A program made the position numbers and the translations under genes. This document shows, in pieces, positions 12,128 through 24,544 of a DNA stretch of 40,482 nt (position 1 is the stretch's first letter; every line of letters starts with the position of its first letter). Location: positions 23,674,819 to 23,715,300 of the forward strand of contig NC_068981.1 in assembly GCF_001194135.2 (NCBI RefSeq). The letters run 5' to 3'. The notes beneath the pieces were generated by a model. The model saw only the letters and a list, made by a program, of their open reading frames with translations, was not told the origin of the DNA and searched no databases. This stretch comes from Octopus bimaculoides. Taxonomy: Eukaryota.

Positions 12128-13116
12128 ATGTGTGTATGTATATATATATATATGCATGTGTGTGCTCATGCATTGTATGTGCACATACAATTGTGTGCCT
12201 GTTAAATTAGACTCTCAATGAGATAATACAAAATATTTCAAGTCGAATAATGTATTGTTCAGAAAGTGCTTAAGAAGTAATTTTAACATGAGCTATGATG
12301 TATATCTTTGTGTATAGATCAAACTGAATTACAACAAACGAAGGAAAAACGCAAAATAAATATAATAATATAACAACAACCTTCAACAGGTTATCTTGAT
12401 ATTATTGTTCTGTATTTCATTATTCATAAACAACTATTACCATCGACGACACATGAGAACTGCTTCAGGGATGAGGCATCAACATTTGGCTGAATTTCTG
12501 TATTTCACCACATGAGTTGACATAAATGACATTCAGTAATCGCCCAAACAGAACGAATCGACAGTCTCGTATACCATCCGAAATTAAACCCTGTCACACT
12601 GTTATTAATGTGATAAACTACCGCACTTAAATTTCGTGAAGGTCGACCATACTACGAGTTATGGAATGTTCTAGAAGTTATTTAAAGAAAAATAACGCGT
12701 CCTTCACACACACAAACGTACATATTGTGTGTGTGTGCACGTATGCATGTATATGCGTGTGTCTGCGTGCGTGCGTACGTGCGTGTGTGCGTGCGTGCAT
12801 GTGTGCGTGCGTGTGTGTGCGTGTCTATGTGTGTCCCTCAATACAGTTTCCGTAATGCCAAATCCATCAGCGTGTGACTTTCCTCTGTCAGCCAAAAGAG
12901 ACTAGTCTTTAGAAATGCGAGGTACTTATGCGATCGCACTGTTATCGCGTATTTTGAGAAATCTCTTTATGTCACCCATTCTGTCAATTGCGGCGTACCT
13001 CAGAGTTTAGTTCTGCTCGCGACTCTCATCCTTTAATAAATCAGTGACTTCCTCGCCGCCATATACAACAACACCCACTCTCTCAGATGATACTGTCTTC
13101 GTTTCCTCCCTAGAAC

Positions 13117-13351
13117 TTTCTTATTTCTTTATTGCCCACAAGGGGCTAAACATAAGGGGTGGGGGACAAACAAGGACAGACAAAGTGATTAAGTCGATTA
13201 CATCGACCCCAGTACGTAACTGGTACTTAATCTATCGACCCCGAGAGGATGAAAGGCAAAGTCGACCTCGGCGGAATTTGAACGTAACGGCAGACGAAAT
13301 ACCACTAAGCATTTCGCCCGGCGTGCTACCGTTTCTGCCAGCTCACCGCCT
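13117..13351 (-). mobile_element. SINE family B, near full length (tail ...gggcaataaagaaataagaaa)
   Basis: High identity to the reverse complement of the 28511 copy; short deletion next to the B-box region. Confidence 0.9.
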
Positions 13352-13926
13352 TTGCCCACTAACACTTTCTGACCATTCTATATTCATTCACAGCCTTGTT
13401 ACCACGTACCAATCCTACACAGAATCTTTGAATAAAGATATGGAAAATGTCGCATCTCTTTCNNNNNNNNNNNNNNNNNNNNNNNNNNNNNNNNNNNNNN
13501 NNNNNNNNNNNNNNNNNNNNNNNNNNNNNNNNNNNNNNNNNNNNNNNNNNNNNNNNNNNNNNNNNNNNNNNNNNNNNNNNNNNNNNNNNNNNNNNNNNNN
13601 NNNNNNNNNNNNNNNNNNNNNNNNNNNNNNNNNNNNNNNNNNNNNNNNNNNNNNNNNNNNNNNNNNNNNNNNNNNNNNNNNNNNNNNNNNNNNNNNNNNN
13701 NNNNNNNNNNNNNNNNNNNNNNNNNNNNNNNNNNNNNNNNNNNNNNNNNNNNNNNNNNNNNNNNNNNNNNNNNNNNNNNNNNNNNNNNNNNNNNNNNNNN
13801 NNNNNNNNNNNNNNNNNNNNNNNNNNNNNNNNNNNNNNNNNNNNNNNNNNNNNNNNNNNNNNNNNNNNNNNNNNNNNNNNNNNNNNNNNNNNNNNNNNNN
13901 NNNNNNNNNNNNNNNNNNNNNNNNNN

Positions 13927-14264
13927 GATCCGATCAACGGAACAGCCTGCTCGTGAAATTAACGCGCAAGTGGCTGAACACTCCACAGACACGTGTACCC
14001 TTAACGTAGTTCTTGGAGATATTCAGCGTGACACAGAGTGTGACAAGGCTGGTCCTTTGAAATACAACAGAAACAGGAAGAAAGAGTGAGAGAAAGTTGT
14101 GGTTGAAGAGTACAGCAGGGTTCGCCACCATCTCCTGCCGGAGCCTCGTGGAGCTTTAGGTGTTTTCGCTCAATAAGCACTCACAACGCCCGGTCTGAGA
14201 ATCGAAACCGCGATCCTATGACCGCGAGTCCGCTGCCCTAAACACTGGGCCATTTCGCCTCCAC
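13927..14264 (-). mobile_element. SINE family C (tRNA head), 3' end lost in a gap
   Basis: Minus strand starts gtggaggcgaaatggcccagtgtttagggcagcggactcgcggtcataggatcgcggtttcgattctcagacc, a tRNA-like head with A- and B-box-like motifs and the same ggaggcg start as the 29636 SINE. Confidence 0.75.
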
Positions 14265-14399
14265 GAACTCACAGTTAATATTCAACAAAAGGAAATATAT
14301 TTTTTTGTTGCAACTCGTTTGTGCCTTCGAAGACATTACGGACTACAATTCACAACAGAATAACTTAATCCCCTTTGCAATCTCTTTTTAATAATTTAT

Positions 14400-14615
14400 G
14401 CTTTACTCGTTTAAGCCAACTGACCTCGGCCATTCTGGAGCTCCGCCGTAAAGTGATTCCGTCGAACAAATCGAACCTTGTATCTGCTCGTAGATTTGGC
14501 ACATACTCTTTACGTCTTTATTGCCAAATCGCTAAGTTACGGAAACATAAATAATCCAACGCCGGTTGTCAAGCGATGAGGGGAGGGCAAAAACACAATG
14601 ACACACAAGCACACA
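14400..14615 (-). mobile_element. SINE family A, diverged 3' half
   Basis: ggccattctggagctccgcc...gtcgaacaaatcga...ttgccaaatcgctaagttacgg...gccggttgtcaagcgatg. Confidence 0.7.
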
Positions 14616-14834
14616 CACACATACACACACACATGCATATTATATACAACAGGATTCTGGTTCTGGTTTTGGATCCAATCCCACTGCGCGTTGCACGACG
14701 GGGAAGTACGTTTTTTATGAGCCCAGGCTGACCAATATCTGATGACTGAATGTTGTAGGCGTAAACTGCGTGGAGACACGTCGTATAAATACGCAGGAGA
14801 TTGTTGTAGACGGTTTGTTTGTGTATATATTCGT

Positions 14835-14857
14835 AAATGTATCTATCTATCTATCTA

Positions 14858-14908
<51 letters not shown>

Positions 14909-14926
14909 ATATATATATATATACAT
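14835..14926. repeat. Compound (TATC)n(TC)n(TA)n microsatellite
   Basis: Read directly. Confidence 0.95.
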
Positions 14927-14929
14927 ATT

Positions 14930-15620
14930 TATGAAAAGATGTGGGGATGTGGGGGTGAGGTGTGAGGGTGGGGAGTGGATGGAGGAGGTATGAACGAAGA
15001 GAGAAGGTGGGTAGGAGTGAAGAAAAGAAGTAGATGTCAGATGAAGTGAGGAGAGAAGGGGAGTTGAGCCTATGCCGCGTAAAGGAGCGAATAGAGAAAA
15101 TGAATTCCTGTTCACGATGGAGGCAGGAGTCCGGGTGGCCCCTACGCAAAGACAATCTCAACACAAACAAGTGTTGTTCTGAATGACCGGTAGAGCGGAA
15201 ATGGCACAAGACCGTGATGACATTACCGAGTCTCATGTCACTGGGGTGCTCCACGAACCAGTCAGCCAAGCGGCGTCCCGTTTGACGGATGCACAGAGAA
15301 GGGAAGAAAGAGCAGGAGATGCAGTAAATGACGTTGCTAGAAGTGCACGTAAAGGAGCCAGTGATATGATAGTGACGGTAATGGGTACCTATAAGGACGG
15401 TGGTGTTTGAGATGTAGGGGTAAGTGCGGTAGTATGGGCGGGAGCAGGGAAATGAGCCAGGTTAGGAGGTGGGCTCAAGGAAAAAACTGTGGGCCAGGAG
15501 ATCATGCAGGTTGTGGGCTCATTTGAAGGAGGGAGGGTAGTTTGAGGAAGGTGTGCGAGGTGGAAGGGTCGGACTGGAGTCGCTGGAAGGCTTGGAGAAT
15601 GGTGCGTTGAAGGGGCGGAG
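14930..15620 (-). pseudogene. Penelope-like retroelement relic (Neptune-type): end of RT region, Cys-rich linker and GIY-YIG endonuclease
   Basis: Manual translation with stops and a frameshift: LQRTILQAFQRLQSDPSTSHTF...PGSFPCSRPYYRTYPYISNTT...FTCTSSNVIYCISCSFFPSLCIRQTGRRLADWFVEH...HFRSTGHS...HREQEFIFSIRSF...LNS. This follows the PLE GIY-YIG pattern (VIY...YIG-ET-RRL-RF-EH...HF...H...EQ..IF.L...LN). Confidence 0.88.
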
Positions 15621-15819
15621 TTTCAGTCAGTTGCCGATAAATAGAAAAAATTAAGCACACTCGAAAAAATTTTTTCTGAGCAGTAATATTTTATGTAGTT
15701 GTTGGTCATGGCTAGTCAGAAAGTTTCCGCTGTTTTCACGTCTAGTATTGCTCTAAGTAATATAGGTGACTCATCAGACCTGCTGGCTGGCCATAACTAA
15801 CAAAGAGAAAAAATTGTTA

Positions 15820-15869
<50 letters not shown>

Positions 15870-17458
15870 NNNNNNNNNNNNNNNNNNNNNNNNNNNNNNN
15901 NNNNNNNNNNNNNNNNNNNNNNNNNNNNNNNNNNNNNNNNNNNNNNNNNNNNNNNNNNNNNNNNNNNNNNNNNNNNNNNNNNNNNNNNNNNNNNNNNNNN
16001 NNNNNNNNNNNNNNNNNNNNNNNNNNNNNNNNNNNNNNNNNNNNNNNNNNNNNNNNNNNNNNNNNNNNNNNNNNNNNNNNNNNNNNNNNNNNNNNNNNNN
16101 NNNNNNNNNNNNNNNNNNNNNNNNNNNNNNNNNNNNNNNNNNNNNNNNNNNNNNNNNNNNNNNNNNNNNNNNNNNNNNNNNNNNNNNNNNNNNNNNNNNN
16201 NNNNNNNNNNNNNNNNNNNNNNNNNNNNNNNNNNNNNNNNNNNNNNNNNNNNNNNNNNNNNNNNNNNNNNNNNNNNNNNNNNNNNNNNNNNNNNNNNNNN
16301 NNNNNNNNNNNNNNNNNNNNNNNNNNNNNNNNNNNNNNNNNNNNNNNNNNNNNNNNNNNNNNNNNNNNNNNNNNNNNNNNNNNNNNNNNNNNNNNNNNNN
16401 NNNNNNNNNNNNNNNNNNNNNNNNNNNNNNNNNNNNNNNNNNNNNNNNNNNNNNNNNNNNNNNNNNNNNNNNNNNNNNNNNNNNNNNNNNNNNNNNNNNN
16501 NNNNNNNNNNNNNNNNNNNNNNNNNNNNNNNNNNNNNNNNNNNNNNNNNNNNNNNNNNNNNNNNNNNNNNNNNNNNNNNNNNNNNNNNNNNNNNNNNNNN
16601 NNNNNNNNNNNNNNNNNNNNNNNNNNNNNNNNNNNNNNNNNNNNNNNNNNNNNNNNNNNNNNNNNNNNNNNNNNNNNNNNNNNNNNNNNNNNNNNNNNNN
16701 NNNNNNNNNNNNNNNNNNNNNNNNNNNNNNNNNNNNNNNNNNNNNNNNNNNNNNNNNNNNNNNNNNNNNNNNNNNNNNNNNNNNNNNNNNNNNNNNNNNN
16801 NNNNNNNNNNNNNNNTATATATATATATATATATATATTCAAACATTCATCATTCATATACCCGAATACAAACATATACATAGGCACACATTAAACACCC
16901 CAGGAAATACAGATATTAAAATAAACATAAATTTAACTCCTCCGCATTTATTTTAATATCAATATGTGCACTGTCTAGTGTATTGTACATGTACATCTTT
17001 ACATTATATTAGATTACATTGTTTTACATCACTCTGTGAATATTATTATATAAAAGATTAAAAATACACGGATAATGTACTACGAGTTTATATATATGAG
17101 TTGCGTATGTGAAGAAGAGAGCGAATGACAGAGGGAGTGAGTGAAACGAGTGTTGGAATATATGACGTATCATGTGAAGTTTGGCTGTACGACAACGTCT
17201 TGCTTTACACTCCAGCGCCTCCTACGGCGTTATAGAAAATTTATTAGTGACAGATATCATTTAACGTATATTTGAAATATGCTCACCATCATCTTCTATG
17301 ACGAAACCTCCGTCTTCGTGTCTCTCACGTTGTTTTCCTTTTTCTCTCTGCCAGCTTCTTTTCTTTCTTGTATATCAAAATATTCTTTATAAACTCTTGG
17401 ATCTTATCTTTAAAAGTACATTTTCAATTTTCTCAGATGGCATTACAGTTTGCGGAAA

Positions 17459-17460
<2 letters not shown>

Positions 17461-17546
<86 letters not shown>
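17461..17546. repeat. Compound (CT)n(CA)n microsatellite
   Basis: Read directly. Confidence 0.95.
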
Positions 17547-17549
<3 letters not shown>

Positions 17550-18104
17550 GCACGTACGCTTGCACGCACTCACATACATAGATACATACCTTTTGATGTT
17601 TCTTTTAATGTGAAGTCATACAAAAACAAGGATCACTCNNNNNNNNNNNNNNNNNNNNNNNNNNNNNNNNNNNNNNNNNNNNNNNNNNNNNNNNNNNNNN
17701 NNNNNNNNNNNNNNNNNNNNNNNNNNNNNNNNNNNNNNNNNNNNNNNNNNNNNNNNNNNNNNNNNNNNNNNNNNNNNNNNNNNNNNNNNNNNNNNNNNNN
17801 NNNNNNNNNNNNNNNNNNNNNNNNNNNNNNNNNNNNNNNNNNNNNNNNNNNNNNNNNNNNNNNNNNNNNNNNNNNNNNNNNNNNNNNNNNNNNNNNNNNN
17901 NNNNNNNNNNNNNNNNNNNNNNNNNNNNNNNNNNNNNNNNNNNNNNNNNNNNNNNNNNNNNNNNNNNNNNNNNNNNNNNNNNNNNNNNNNNNNNNNNNNN
18001 NNNNNNNNNNNNNNNNNNNNNNNNNNNNNNNNNNNNNNNNNNNNNNNNNNNNNNNNNNNNNNNNNNNNNNNNNNNNNNNNNNNNNNNNNNNNNNNNNNNN
18101 NNNN

Positions 18105-18410
18105 AAGTGTCTTCTACTATAGCCTCGGGCAGACCAAAGCCTTGTCAGTGGATTTGGTAGACAGAAACTGAAAGAAGCCCGTCGTATATATGTATACATA
18201 TATATGTGTGTGCGTGTGTTTGTGTGTCTGTGTTTGTCCTCTACTACCCCTTGACAACAGGTGTTGATGTGTTTATGCCGCTGTAGCTTAGCGGTTCGGC
18301 TAAAGAGACTAATAAAATAAGTACCAGGCTTAAAAAGAAAGTCCTGGGGTCGATTCATTCAGACTGGCCACAGTCTAATGACTGAATGAAGTAAAAGATA
18401 AAAGAGAGAA
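18105..18410 (+). mobile_element. SINE family A; head lost in the gap
   Basis: aagtgtcttctactatagcctcgggcagaccaaagccttg... is near-identical to the 8021 copy, with a deletion near the 3' end. Confidence 0.9.
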
Positions 18411-18938
18411 GAATGATTTTGTACTTGTTCGCCGCCAACAACAGCCAGCAAAGAAAGAAAGAAAAATTTACACACGCGCGCTTTAATATAAGCATTGTAT
18501 CATACTCTGCTAGGTTATAAACAGGTATTAAATATACTCTGATATTTTCGAACCAATACTGCACCTCATCTGTTATAGTCACAACATTTCGGCCATTCTG
18601 CCTTCCGGGCTTCATTACTTGTTATATACTGAAACGTTCACAGATTTTCTAACCGTTCTCTTCCTTTAATTAATTCACGTGTTAAATTGTTCTTATTACG
18701 TTTTCCCTGCAGGGAGTTTCATTTACTTATTAGTCAATTAATTTATTAATTTATTAATTTTGTCCTATGATGTAAACATTTTAGCCACTTTCAGTGTATT
18801 GTATTGTCAACAATGACAATGAACAGCGATTGGTCTGTCTTGAACATGTATCGTCCGCATTTAAGCCTAGTCTTTGTTACGTTTTTTTGTTTGTTGCCTC
18901 AGCTATTACTTACATAAACCATAAACCGTACAGAGAAA

Positions 18939-19160
18939 ATGCCCAAACACGAATATGAAAATCAATGTGTATTTGCAAAGCAAACTTCTTTGTTTTACAC
19001 GAGGCAGGGTGGATGGGGAGCACAATGTTTGGTGTGTTAACAAAGAATTCACATCTCTGTATCAAATAAAATTATTAACGATTTTCAAACACGTGAACTC
19101 AGAAAACCGCAAGAAAGTATTTCAAGAAGCGGATATCGAGGCATTGACGAAATTGGCGGA

Positions 19161-19191
<31 letters not shown>

Positions 19192-19196
19192 TTCCG

Positions 19197-19253
<57 letters not shown>

Positions 19254-19291
19254 ATTCCTTCCTTCCTTCTTTCTTTCCTTCTTTCTTTCCT

Positions 19292-19345
<54 letters not shown>

Positions 19346-19378
19346 TTCCTTCCTTCCTTCCTTCCTTCTTTCTTTCCT

Positions 19379-19410
<32 letters not shown>

Positions 19411-19440
19411 TCATTCTTCCTTCCTTCTTCCTTCCTTATT

Positions 19441-19495
<55 letters not shown>

Positions 19496-21050
19496 ACGTA
19501 ATACCAAGTTGTAAAATTAACGATACTCTCTGTCATAAGAACAGAATCTACTGACGCACTTCACGCTATAACATCACAATATTTTTAAGCCCATGATTAA
19601 AAAAGAGTTTCCTGATTTCGAGGTTGTAAAGTTTCTAGTCGTCGAACAAAAACAGAAGCAAATGTTAATTCTATGCTTTTACTACTTTCTGTCAATATCA
19701 CCCGAAAAAAATCTTAAAGGAAACAGGTTACCACATTACGAAATTGCTACAGAGAGTAGTAATCATAATTTAATATAGCTACTTCCTATAATTAGTACTT
19801 TGGAAGAATTGTGGTTTACTGTCAAAACTGATTGAGTTACAGAAAACACCTAATGAGACTGCAGACACAATTACTAATCATGTATAGGAAACTCTGGAGG
19901 AAAATGACCTCTCCGAAATGTGTTGCCTTCATAGGTAGCAAATATGATACAATATTTAGAGGACTCAGGCGTAATGAAGGCAATAACAACGTTTTTGCAA
20001 ATTAAAAGAATATGTTTCGAAGAGATCATTAATTGGAGTGAGTTTCTCAACGCATATTTTAAATGACTGCGTCCAATATACAATAGAAAGAATGGATAAT
20101 GACACTGAAACACTTGCTCAATATCTTTCTGTTTATACAGATCGAATTGAGCAGCTCAAGTAGTATTGTTATTTCAGCGAAGTTGAATATAGTCTTCTGC
20201 CATAGACAAGCTGTTACTGTTGCCTGGCATCATAAGTCTACTAATAATATTTCCTGTTTGAAATCTTTCTTGCTATCACATGACAAACCACCCATAGTAA
20301 ATGAAAGGTAAAATGAGAACGATGTCATTTAGATTTACTTCTGGCTCACGTACTCACTAATGAATGCAGTTCACATACTTTCAAACTATTGAAATGAAAA
20401 GTAATTTCTATTGTAAAAGTGTGGACGAATTTTGAATCTTTTCATAAAATGCTTGTCGAACGTATAAGCAGAATTTCATTCCCTTGAAAGTTAAGTGAGA
20501 ACTTGTTCAAAAAATAACGCCCAGAAGGAAAAGGGAATAAGTGCAACGAGTTTTATGTTGATATTGTTAATCTATGCGACAGATGCCGACAGTTTAATGA
20601 GATACAGATGAAATTAATGAAAACACTTTCTTCTATCGAGTGAAACATTTAACTGAGCTGATGTGGAGCCGTATTTTAAATATTGTATTGATGAAGAGCT
20701 GGAAGTTTATGATGTTGTATGCTTTGACCTAAGGTAGTTTGTGAAAAATTACAACGGGGGGAAAAAAAATTGTAATACGGCGAAAAACAAAAAGTTAACC
20801 ATATTCATTGAAAAAAAAAAAAAAGAATTCCATTCAGAATTGATAAGAATTGCAGATTCTGTCCCGATATTTAATCTCAGTTCAAATATAAATGGGAAAG
20901 AATTAAATCGAGTGTCAAAACAATGAAGTGTATTCTCACTTAAGAGTACAACAGTACAACTTCCTAAATGCATCTTTTAATGATTTCTATATCTTTCTTA
21001 AGAGGAAACATACAATAATGAAAAAAGATCCATTCAATAAACATGAACGC
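18939..21050 (+). pseudogene. Decayed hAT-superfamily DNA transposase
   Basis: Colinear peptide blocks recovered across frameshifts and stops: [32 protein letters not shown] (zinc-finger-like N-terminus); IKKEFPDFE/SSRRTKTEANVNS; YEIATESSNH (first catalytic-Asp region, Asp lost); YFWKNCGLLSKLIELQKTPNETADTITNHV*ETLEENDL; GLRRNEGNNNVFA; LIGVSFSTHILNDCVQ (CxxH-like); VYTDRIEQLK*YC; CLKSFLLSHDKPPIV; HSELIRIAD; IFNLSSNINGKELNR; KCILT*EYN. Family assignment is from remembered metazoan hAT transposases, not a search. Confidence 0.8.
19161..19495. repeat. (CTTT/CCTT)n microsatellite, ~335 bp, inside the transposase relic
   Basis: Read directly. Transposase-like translation stops at ...TKLADSF and resumes after the tract. 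Confidence 0.95.
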
Positions 21051-21369
21051 ATCAAATCACACACACACACAGTGGGAAAAGACAGTAGCTACGGGAAGTA
21101 AGATATTCAGCCGTAAGCAAAGATATTTTTTCTTTTAGGTTTAAGTATTCTCTATTTATAATTCAGTGCTCCATAGTCGATAAGATATTTGTGGAAATAG
21201 ATATGACATAAATCAAAGCGAAAATATATCATGTATACGAATGTATATGTATATATTTTGAACTTGCTGAGCATACAAAATGAGGTGCTGAATCTCATAG
21301 ACATTTCTGTTTATTCGTAATGTTCATTAATAATTCGTTCTATTCGTTCACAAGGTCTAACTGAAATTT

Positions 21370-21475
21370 TGTAAGAAGGAGGCCAGTCGATTAAATCAAG
21401 CTCATTGCTTAACTGGTACATATTTTATTAACTACGAAAGGATGAGATACAAAGTCGACCTCGACGGCATTTTAA
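21370..21475 (-). mobile_element. SINE family B, diverged fragment
   Basis: cagtcgatta...ttaactggtac...gaaaggatga...caaagtcgacctcgacggcattt. Confidence 0.7.
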
Positions 21476-22701
21476 TTAACAATCATAAAAAATAAGAGGT
21501 CTTTTTCGAACCTACATTAGAATCGTTAAACACTGATTTCTCGAATTCAAGTTTCAAACCGTCCCAAGGTTGTTTGAACATTTACCACAACTGAGTCAAT
21601 AAATTATATTGGAAAAGGTAGATTCAGGCTTATGGAAAATAAACACAAATGAGTATCAACTGATACGTGGGGAGGAAGATCAGTTTCATATTTTATCACA
21701 AAATGTTAGATTATATTCTTCAAATGCTTAATTGTGTGTTACATACCTGACACACATTCACATACATCCACATATACGTGTATATTTATGAGCCATATTC
21801 ACACGTAGATTCATATGTATTAAAACATGCATTTATATAAAAAACACACACACATGTACGCGAGCGCACACACACAAATACACACACACACACACACACA
21901 ATGTGTGTATTTATATGCCAATTGAATAGGATATACTTCGTGGGGAAGTCTAATATGACGAAACATAGTCGATACTTTCATAAACTGGTTTTAACGAGTA
22001 TTTATTTCCACACCAGTATGCATTGTTCATATTGGCAAAAAATTCCGATCAACTAATCGTGTTACAATTATCTCCCTTGATTGATCTGTTAGATTTTAAG
22101 AATTTCTAGATTAAGGTTTTGTTTACTAATTCCTTGGATAATCTCATTTGATTGACATTTTCTTTTAGCTCAATGTTTACATATATGAGATCCTATGGTA
22201 TTTATGTATGCATATATGAGAATTTGTCAGTCTACCTGTATATGCTCTTTTCATTTTAATTATCTGAAATCTTCCTATAAGTAAGGAACAAGTTTCTAAC
22301 AAAGATGCAGGGCTCTTTCGTTGGAACTTAGATAACAAGAACAGTGGTGCAATGTTGCATATTTTTACTATTCTGCTTACAAATTGTGTTTGTAATGTGG
22401 GTGTTTCATGCGGAAGTGGTACGAGTACTTTACTCGTCTCAAATAGCTTACAGCTGTAGTAATACTATCTGCGTTGACGTTGTTATCAATACCATATACG
22501 ATGTGTAGTAGCAAAATTCCAAGTGTAAGATATACTTTGTAATCTGGTTTGAATAATGATACGTTGGGTAAGTAAAAAGCGTTTCCCTTATTTACAACAG
22601 GGAAAAATAAATCAGTTACTGATTTAGGAAGAAGTCGGGATGATTGTAGAACTGTTCCAAAAGGCATTTTTAGCGGTCCTCTACGTCTGCATAAAAGTGA
22701 A

Positions 22702-22730
22702 GGCGTATAGCTCAGTGGTTAGAGCGTCGA
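22702..22730 (+). mobile_element. Isolated 5' half of a tRNA-like (SINE) head
   Basis: ggcgtatagctcagtggttagagcgtcga has an A-box and D-arm-like fold, but no anticodon arm, T-arm or B-box follows. Confidence 0.45.
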
Positions 22731-23343
22731 TGTTGTTACTTCGATCACGTCTGTACATCTGATATTGACGGTGCCGCGTTTTATATGTTTGTAAGTATGT
22801 ATGCATGGTGAATATGCGTGTGTACGTATGTATGTATGTATGTATGTATGTATGTATGTATGTATGTGTGTGTGTATGTATGAGTCTTGACGCTTAATAT
22901 TTGTTCCAGGAAGACTAATCTAATAATTACTAATAGAATGATATCAAAAGAATGATTTAAAACATACAAACGTGTTCGTCTTTCTTTTGCCTATTACAGT
23001 TAGAGTATACGAACGAAAAAGTTGCTTCTCTTGCTTTATCGTTAAAACATTTGAGTGCATTTCAATAAATATGAAGGTTGTTTATCACAACAAGTGGAAT
23101 AATAATCATGCCAGTTTCCCAATATGAACATGTATTATAGTAATTTTGAATATATTTACTATGTATGACAAATAGAGATCATGAATTTATTATGTATTGC
23201 TACACTTATAAAGCAGTGCTACACGATGACCGTAACTTGTAAAAAATACCATATAACTTCTTTGCAAATTAGTTGCGCTATAGATATAATGTGGGTACAT
23301 GAGCAACACATCAATAACCACGTACATGTACTTCTCTTTTATA

Positions 23344-23396
<53 letters not shown>

Positions 23397-23757
23397 TTAA
23401 AAAGTTTTTTTGCAAAGAATTCTTGATATAGTCAAAATATTTGAAACAAGTATATTTTTACAGTAAGACTCTTAGAAAACAGAATGATACGAACCTTTGG
23501 AAAGAAGTTTTCATTTGGCGTTATGTGCTTTCACTGATTGAAGCTTTTCAAACGCACGATTATGCTATTACCGTATAACATGTCTTCGAAATGATATAAA
23601 TAGAGGAAGCGTTTAACCCAATATGAAAGCTTCCAAAAGGTTTGTCATTTCCTTTGCTCTTTTACAGATACTTTTATATAATTAATAATTTCTAATTTAA
23701 GAAAATCATCATATATGTATATATGTGTATGTGTGTGTGCGTGCGTGTGTGTATGAA

Positions 23758-23788
<31 letters not shown>

Positions 23789-24464
23789 GTATATGTACAT
23801 ACACACATACACACATACAGAGACACACACATACACACACACACACACACACGCANNNNNNNNNNNNNNNNNNNNNNNNNNNNNNNNNNNNNNNNNNNNN
23901 NNNNNNNNNNNNNNNNNNNNNNNNNNNNNNNNNNNNNNNNNNNNNNNNNNNNNNNNNNNNNNNNNNNNNNNNNNNNNNNNNNNNNNNNNNNNNNNNNNNN
24001 NNNNNNNNNNNNNNNNNNNNNNNNNNNNNNNNNNNNNNNNNNNNNNNNNNNNNNNNNNNNNNNNNNNNNNNNNNNNNNNNNNNNNNNNNNNNNNNNNNNN
24101 NNNNNNNNNNNNNNNNNNNNNNNNNNNNNNNNNNNNNNNNNNNNNNNNNNNNNNNNNNNNNNNNNNNNNNNNNNNNNNNNNNNNNNNNNNNNNNNNNNNN
24201 NNNNNNNNNNNNNNNNNNNNNNNNNNNNNNNNNNNNNNNNNNNNNNNNNNNNNNNNNNNNNNNNNNNNNNNNNNNNNNNNNNNNNNNNNNNNNNNNNNNN
24301 NNNNNNNNNNNNNNNNNNNGTTAGACTTCATCAGCGAAAGTATTGTCCTCTGAAGCCTACGTCTGTTACAAGCTTATTCATCAGTCGTGAATAGTTTTAT
24401 TATTTCTGCTAATCGACTACTTTTCCTGTAGTAATAATAAAATAAAAGCAAAATGTATAGAAAA

Positions 24465-24544
<80 letters not shown>
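24465..24544. repeat. (ATG)n microsatellite, about 27 units
   Basis: Read directly. Confidence 0.97.

Noticed and set aside
15731-15785. Minus-strand CTGATGA-GTC...GAC-gt-GAAA hammerhead-like motif
   Set aside because: Two extra bases lie before GAAA, and there is no credible stem III or stem I partner.
18955-19554. 199-aa ORF as an intact gene
   Set aside because: Most of it is the CTTT microsatellite; only short N-terminal stretches belong to the frameshifted hAT relic.
18500-21400. Terminal inverted repeats and 8-bp TSD of the hAT element
   Set aside because: I searched by eye and found no convincing inverted pair; element boundaries remain undefined.
22702-22775. tRNA gene
   Set aside because: Only the first ~29 nt are tRNA-like; there is no T-arm, B-box or 3' acceptor strand.
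24320-24340. Minus-strand CTGATGA-A-GTCTAAC running into a gap
   Set aside because: It could be the 5' half of a hammerhead, but the rest is in the N-run and cannot be judged until the gap is closed.
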